Below are positions 58,605 to 64,000 of a stretch of DNA of 64,000 nucleotides, one piece after another. The first letter of the stretch is position 1, and each line of letters opens with the position of its first letter. The notes beneath the pieces were generated by a model, which worked only from the letters and a program-made list of their open reading frames with translations, had not been told where the DNA came from and ran no database searches. Origin of the DNA: Candidatus Moraniibacteriota bacterium (GTDB taxonomy: Bacteria; Patescibacteriota; Minisyncoccia; Moranbacterales; UBA1568). The position numbers and the translations under genes were made by a program. The DNA is taken from NCBI GenBank assembly GCA_028711705.1, contig JAQTRS010000002.1:137617-201616 (forward strand), given 5' to 3'.

Positions 58605-59858
58605 TTATTCTTCTATCGGGACCAGCTTCAGGGAAAACGTGTTCGAATGGCGATAGATGACGGCGAAGACGGCGATATTGAGTACAGCGAAGACGGCGAA
58701 TGACATAATACCGATCGCGGCATAGATGAGCCCGGCCACGATAGGCACCACTGCCTGCACGAGGGCCACGAGCGACTCCTCGACGCCCATAATTTCTCCC
58801 CGCTTCTTACCGGAAACACTCTGCACGATGAGCGCCTTGAATGTCGACATGGAGAGCGCGATGGCGAGATTAAGGAAATAATAAAAACCGATAAAGAAAA
58901 TGATGGAGTGTGCGAGACTTATGGCCGCAAGTGCGATCAGCATCAGCGCCTGCCCGAAGGAGAATGTTTTCGATTCACCCAAACGCGTTACGAACCATTT
59001 CACCGCGATAAGCTGGTTGAAGATCATAAATGATCCGGTAAAAAGCATCAGCTGCGCCGACTCCCATTCATTCAGATGGAAAAACCGGATGGCGTGGAAA
59101 ATAAAAATAGAAATATACGCCACGAAACCAATTGAAAACAGTACGCGCACCAGAAAAAGCGTTTTCACCTGTCCATCCTGCGCGAAATGCACGATTCTTG
59201 AGAACACATTGATCCGCTTCCAGAGTCCCATCGACACATGCACGGATCGCTTCGATGCCGGCAATGATTCCGGCAGCCACACGTACATGAAGATGAGCGT
59301 CATAAGCGAAATAGCCGCCGCCAATATCCCGACGCCTCCAAAGCCGAGCGGTGTCGCCGAGACCAGGCCGCCCATAACCGGCCCGACGAGCATCCCGAAA
59401 CCGAATGTCGCGCCCATCATCCCAAAGGTCTTCGCTCGGTCCTTTGGTGCCACGATATCGGACGCATAGGCGTTCGCCACCGAGATATTGCCGCCCGTAA
59501 TCCCATCCACCGCGCGAGCCAAACCGATACCGATCAAGGGAAGGGTTATTGTCCACACCCGTATATCCGGCAGATACAGGGCACCCACGAACAAAAGCCA
59601 CCCGATAAATGTCCCGGCGTGGCTGATGAGGAGTATCGGCTTGCGCCCATACGTATCGGAAAGGGCGCCCAAAATCGGCGACCCGATGAATTGGAAAATG
59701 GAAAACAGCGAAAGCAATGCCCCATACAAAACAGGTCCGCCTCCATAGCGTTCCACCAAGAACGGCAGTACGGGAATAAGGATCGAAAACCCCAGCGTAT
59801 TCATGAATGACAAGAGTAAAACCGGTATCAATTTTTTCGACATGGTATATTTCAACAA
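58605..59858 (-). CDS. MFS transporter (12 TM, drug:H+ antiporter-like)
   Basis: ORF track; MFS motif A GALSDTYGRKPIL. Confidence 0.85.
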   Translation of the reverse strand: MLKYTMSKKLIPVLLLSFMNTLGFSILIPVLPFLVERYGGGPVLYGALLSLFSIFQFIGSPILGALSDTYGRKPILLISHAGTFIGWLLFVGALYLPDIRVWTITLPLIGIGLARAVDGITGGNISVANAYASDIVAPKDRAKTFGMMGATFGFGMLVGPVMGGLVSATPLGFGGVGILAAAISLMTLIFMYVWLPESLPASKRSVHVSMGLWKRINVFSRIVHFAQDGQVKTLFLVRVLFSIGFVAYISIFIFHAIRFFHLNEWESAQLMLFTGSFMIFNQLIAVKWFVTRLGESKTFSFGQALMLIALAAISLAHSIIFFIGFYYFLNLAIALSMSTFKALIVQSVSGKKRGEIMGVEESLVALVQAVVPIVAGLIYAAIGIMSFAVFAVLNIAVFAVIYRHSNTFSLKLVPIEE

Positions 59859-59900
59859 TTTTTATATTACCCTCTTGTGCAGATAGTTCTCATAAGTTTT

Positions 59901-61304
59901 TTACAAGCCCTCCACGATAGCGCGGAATTGATCCCCTCGATCGAACTCGTTCTTGAATAATCCGAAGCTCGTCGCTCCCGGAGAAAGCACGATCACATCG
60001 CCCTTCGCCGCCTTTTCGGTAGCGATTCTGATCGCCTCATCCATCGACTCAACGATATCGAAAGCCCTGTCTTTCTGTTCCTCGGGCAATGATTTTTGCA
60101 TGAACCTGATTATCTTGTCCGTCGCCTCTCCCCTGAAGAACACGACGTCTTTCGCATACGTCGCTATCGCCTCACCAAGACCGGCAAATTCCAATCCCTT
60201 ATTATTCCCGCCGGCGATAAGGACTATCGGCTCCTCGAAAGACGAAAGTGCCATGATGGCCGCCTCCGGGACCGTCGCTGCCGTATCATTGTAGTATCCG
60301 ATCCCATTCTTCTCACGGATAAATTCCAAACGATGCGCCACGCCCGAGAAATGCATGATGGCCTTGCGAAGCGTCTTCATTTCCACACCATAGGCGAGCG
60401 CCCCACCTATGGCCGCCAGAACATTGCCGATATTATGCCTGCCCCGCATCCTGATTTCGGAAAGCGTCATCACCTTCTTCGTTTCATGGTCATGGGTATA
60501 AAAAATCTCGCCGTTACTGACAAAAACGCTTTCGGTATCCGTCATGACATGCTCCGAAAATCCCAACGTATGGGAAACGGTGCCGTTTGCCGCCAAAACA
60601 ACAGCTTCATTATCCCGATTGACGATCAGCCAATCTTTCTTGGTCTGGAAGGCGAAGATATTTTTCTTGTCCTTCATATACTCCGCTATGCTCTTATAGT
60701 AATTGAGGTGATCGGAAAATATATTCGTGAAAATAGCGATGTGCGGACTCTTTTGGATGAGCGCGAGCGATGAGAGCCTCCAGCTGGAAAGCTCGAACAC
60801 CACCGCCGACTTCGCCTTGATCTCATCGAGTGCGCCAAGCACCGGCGTCTGTCCGATACCGACGCGCACCACATGATGCCCCGCTGTCCTCAGTATCTCC
60901 GAAAGCAGGGTCGCGGTCGTCGTCTTGCCCTTCGTTCCTGTGACACCGATAATCGGCCTTGGGCACAACTGGAAAAAAATACTCGCATCCATTTCGACCG
61001 GGATATTCTTCTTCCGAGCCAACTTCACGTATTCGTTGGTCCAAGCAATACCCGGGTTGACGATCACCATATCCACACGGGTAAAATCCTCGGGACGATG
61101 CTGCCCAAGCACATAGGTGATGGTTTTGATACCCTTAAGCAGCGCGATGGAGGCGGCGAGCTCGGAGCGTTTTTTGATATCGGTAACGATGATCTCCTTG
61201 GCACCGCACTTCGCCAAAAACTTGACCGTATCCACGCCGCCGCCGTTCAAACCCAAACCGAACACGGTGACACGTTTATTTTTGAAAAATTGTTTCGTAA
61301 TCAT
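59901..61304 (-). CDS. murD: UDP-N-acetylmuramoyl-L-alanine--D-glutamate ligase MurD
   Basis: ORF trimmed to MITKQFF (ATG 61302-61304); IGVTGTKGKTTTATLL P-loop, Mur ligase central and C-terminal domains. Confidence 0.9.
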   Translation of the reverse strand: MITKQFFKNKRVTVFGLGLNGGGVDTVKFLAKCGAKEIIVTDIKKRSELAASIALLKGIKTITYVLGQHRPEDFTRVDMVIVNPGIAWTNEYVKLARKKNIPVEMDASIFFQLCPRPIIGVTGTKGKTTTATLLSEILRTAGHHVVRVGIGQTPVLGALDEIKAKSAVVFELSSWRLSSLALIQKSPHIAIFTNIFSDHLNYYKSIAEYMKDKKNIFAFQTKKDWLIVNRDNEAVVLAANGTVSHTLGFSEHVMTDTESVFVSNGEIFYTHDHETKKVMTLSEIRMRGRHNIGNVLAAIGGALAYGVEMKTLRKAIMHFSGVAHRLEFIREKNGIGYYNDTAATVPEAAIMALSSFEEPIVLIAGGNNKGLEFAGLGEAIATYAKDVVFFRGEATDKIIRFMQKSLPEEQKDRAFDIVESMDEAIRIATEKAAKGDVIVLSPGATSFGLFKNEFDRGDQFRAIVEGL

Positions 61305-61372
61305 AACTGACTGAGAAAATAATGCGCTCGTTTCACGTCGGAACATTTCCAATCGGAAAATATACCCTGCAA

Positions 61373-62959
61373 TCAGAACCACGAGGATGTTTTTCGCAGC
61401 ACCTCTCCTGAACGCTTGCCGGTATAGACACCGTTATCGATAGAGACTTCCCCGTTGATAAGCACCCACTCCATACCGCGAGCATACTGATACGGATTCT
61501 CAGACGTTGCCGGCGATGCTATATGGGACGGGTGAAACACCACTATATCAGCATAATTTCCCTTGCGCAAGATGCCTCGATCTTTAAGTCCGAACTTCTT
61601 TGCAGGCTTGCCGCTCATCTTATGAATCGCCTCCTCCCAGCTGAGAAGTTTTTTTTGCCTTACATGGTGGGAAAGTACCAAAGGGAATGTCCCGAAGCTT
61701 CGCGGATGCACCCGCTCTCCCGTGCTCTGATAGTCAGTCGAATACCCGGAACCATTGGTGCTGATGATGGAAAAGGGGTGCTGTATCGCCTTCTCGATAT
61801 TCTCCTCGCTCACCACTTCCATAGAGGCCACAGCCCGTCCACCGCTTCCGATGAGCACAGAGATAAGCGCTTCTTCCGGCGACATATTCTGATTCTTGGC
61901 GATAGCGGCGATGCTTTGATGCACCAGAATCTGATTCAATGGCGATGTCAGGATCACGATTTTGGAATAATCTCTTTTTTTCTCACGCAGCTCGATGACC
62001 ACCTCGTTCTTGATTTCGGGATCCTTCAACCGTTCAAGCATCATCCGTTTCCCGCCCTCGGTCACCCATTCGGGCAGAAGTGTGTACAAAACGGTTCCCG
62101 TCACGACATACGGGTACACATCGAACGTGACATCGACACCGCCCGACTGCGCCGACTCGATAAGATAGAGCGCCTGCTCCATCAGGTGCCAGTGCTCCTC
62201 GCCCACTGCCTTCAAATGTGAGAGGTGCAATCGGCAACCGGTTGTGCGAGCGATGGCAAGCGCCTCCTGGATAGACTCCAAAAGATGCGCCGACTCATCC
62301 CGCAAGTGCACCGTGTACACGCCGTCTTCTTTCTCCACCAGTTCTCCCAAGGCGGCGAGCTCGTTTGCGGAAGCGTGCCTGGCATGCGTATATTCCAATC
62401 CCAAAGAACAGCCGTATGATCCGTCGCGAAGCGAGCGCTTGAGCATCACGCTCATCGATGCCAATTCATCGGAGCGAAGCGGCCGCGCCTCATCCTTGAT
62501 GAGGCCGCGACGCAGCGTCCCGTGCCCTGAAAGCGTCGCAAAATTCACCGAAAGGGCATGCTGTTCTATGTGCGTCAAAAACTCTTTCATCGAGAGCCAG
62601 TTGAGATTGATTTTCCGGATATCGGCCCATTTCTGAATGGACTGCAGCATGGAGGCGTTAACCAAGGGTGCCAGCGATGATCCGCAATTGCCTCCCACAA
62701 TCGTCGTAATACCCTGATATACCAGACTCTCCAGATGCGGGTTGGAAAATATCTGCCAGTACGTGTCGGAGTGATTATTGACATCGATGAATCCAGGCGC
62801 GACATATCGATCCGTCGCATCGATAACGCGCTTTGCCGATTCATCGTGAAGGTCACCGATAAATGTGATCATCTCTTCCTTCACGCCCACATCGGCGCGA
62901 AACATGCGGCCGCCCGCACCATCGATAACCGTTCCGTTTTTTATGATAACATCGTACAT
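61373..62959 (-). CDS. amidohydrolase family, N-acyl-D-amino-acid deacylase (D-aminoacylase)-like
   Basis: ORF track; 528 aa; metal-binding HSD, GITTIVGGNCG and C-terminal beta-sandwich typical of D-aminoacylases. Confidence 0.75.
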   Translation of the reverse strand: MYDVIIKNGTVIDGAGGRMFRADVGVKEEMITFIGDLHDESAKRVIDATDRYVAPGFIDVNNHSDTYWQIFSNPHLESLVYQGITTIVGGNCGSSLAPLVNASMLQSIQKWADIRKINLNWLSMKEFLTHIEQHALSVNFATLSGHGTLRRGLIKDEARPLRSDELASMSVMLKRSLRDGSYGCSLGLEYTHARHASANELAALGELVEKEDGVYTVHLRDESAHLLESIQEALAIARTTGCRLHLSHLKAVGEEHWHLMEQALYLIESAQSGGVDVTFDVYPYVVTGTVLYTLLPEWVTEGGKRMMLERLKDPEIKNEVVIELREKKRDYSKIVILTSPLNQILVHQSIAAIAKNQNMSPEEALISVLIGSGGRAVASMEVVSEENIEKAIQHPFSIISTNGSGYSTDYQSTGERVHPRSFGTFPLVLSHHVRQKKLLSWEEAIHKMSGKPAKKFGLKDRGILRKGNYADIVVFHPSHIASPATSENPYQYARGMEWVLINGEVSIDNGVYTGKRSGEVLRKTSSWF

Positions 62960-62968
62960 ATTTTTTTC

Positions 62969-63967
62969 CTAAGCGATCAATTGGGCCATTTCGACAAGAC
63001 GGTTGGAATAGCCCCACTCATTGTCATACCATGCCACTATCTTGACCAGGTTCCCACCCACTACTTTCGTGAGCGACAGATCGGCGATGCTTGAATATGG
63101 ATTGCCGATAAAGTCGGATGAGACTAACGGCTCATCGGTAATGCTGAATATGCCCTGATACGAAGGCTCTTGTGCAGCCGCCCGAAGCGCCGCATTGATT
63201 TCCTCCACTGTCGCATCGCGCTTGAGTAAGAACGTGAAATCCGTCAGCGACACCACGATAGTCGGAACCCTCACCGCCAAGCCGTCAAAAAGACCGGCGA
63301 GTTCCGGTATGACCTCGGTCACCGCGATGGCGGCACCGGTCGTCGTCGGTACGATATTTTCAGCCGCCGCGCGTCCTCGGCGCCAATCCTTGTGCGGCCC
63401 GTCCTGCAGGTTCTGGTCCGCGGTATAGGAATGGATCGTCGTCATGAGCGCCTTTTCGATACCGAAAGCCTTCTGGACAATCTTGGCGACGGGCGCGATG
63501 CAATTGGTCGTACAGGAAGCATTGGAAAGGATTTCCTGATCGGAAGCATACTGATCATCATTGACGCCCAAAAGAAAGGTCGGAACATCCCCACCCTCTT
63601 TGGCGGGCGCCGAAAGAATCACTTTCTTCGCACCGGCCTGTATGTGTGCCCGCATCGCATCACCATTTACGAAACGCCCCGTGCACTCGAGCACGACATC
63701 CACCGACAAATCACCCCATGGCAACTGCTTAGGGTCGGGCTGCGCGTATACCGGAATGATCTTACCATTGACAATCAGACTGTTCTCACCCGCCTCCACG
63801 CTGTAGTGATAGCGTCCATAGGCGGTATCATAGCGTAAAAGGTGCGCTAATGTCTTCGCGTCCGTCAGGTCGTTGATGGCCACCACCTCGATATCGTTTT
63901 TGGTAAAAGCGATCTTGAAGGCGGCGCGTCCGATACGACCAAAACCATTGATTGCGATTTTTTTCAT
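62969..63967 (-). CDS. gap: glyceraldehyde-3-phosphate dehydrogenase
   Basis: ORF track; NGFGRIGR NAD motif, active-site SNASCTTNC. Confidence 0.95.
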   Translation of the reverse strand: MKKIAINGFGRIGRAAFKIAFTKNDIEVVAINDLTDAKTLAHLLRYDTAYGRYHYSVEAGENSLIVNGKIIPVYAQPDPKQLPWGDLSVDVVLECTGRFVNGDAMRAHIQAGAKKVILSAPAKEGGDVPTFLLGVNDDQYASDQEILSNASCTTNCIAPVAKIVQKAFGIEKALMTTIHSYTADQNLQDGPHKDWRRGRAAAENIVPTTTGAAIAVTEVIPELAGLFDGLAVRVPTIVVSLTDFTFLLKRDATVEEINAALRAAAQEPSYQGIFSITDEPLVSSDFIGNPYSSIADLSLTKVVGGNLVKIVAWYDNEWGYSNRLVEMAQLIA

Positions 63968-64000
63968 AGGTGTTTTTATTTTTACGTATATATCATCATG

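Noticed and set aside
59068-59601. 177-aa minus-strand ORF and 189-aa plus-strand ORF
   Set aside because: Both overlap the MFS transporter gene in other frames or on the other strand; the transporter frame has coherent 12-TM topology.

Overview
This is a gene-dense 64 kb bacterial chromosomal fragment of about 50% GC, with most genes on the minus strand. Promoters look like consensus sigma70 (TTGACA-N16/17-TAnnnT), and the mix of core genes with lamin-tail, DUF4349-like, YvcK, RNHCP and many membrane GT-C glycosyltransferases is compatible with a small-genome Patescibacteria/CPR-like organism (inference only). Core genes found: rpoB-rpoC; mreB; murA; murD; glmS; leuS; a complete F1Fo ATP synthase operon (atpBEFHAGDC); typA; trxB; gap; tRNA-Glu; holB and an FtsQ-like gene. 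Accessory content: (i) the 5' 6.5 kb holds a minus-strand operon for a 1084-aa acidic membrane protein, two small proteins and a TrwB/VirD4-like coupling ATPase that runs off the window; (ii) three paralogous GT-C (PMT/ArnT-like) glycosyltransferases and two GT4 enzymes, the latter each divergently paired with a small membrane protein and sharing a conserved palindromic leader; (iii) the ATP synthase operon is interrupted twice by opposite-strand paralogous cassettes, each with a TTGACAAAT promoter, a homologous leader and a small membrane-protein ORF, plus a conserved stem-loop directly after three of the four small ORFs and terminator hairpins after the 41769..42754 pair, accompanied by two families of conserved structured repeats; (iv) leuS carries an inserted Nudix-hydrolase box and three in-frame TGTTGAC-type repeats; (v) holB is split by an in-frame TAG; (vi) a low-GC small ORF lies between murA and rpoC; (vii) a perfect 27-bp inverted repeat whose loop core is shared with a second hairpin. 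No CRISPR array, rRNA or recognisable transposase was seen. The ORF track appears to list only in-window ORFs with both a start and a stop codon; the first gene has no in-window stop and was found by manual translation.
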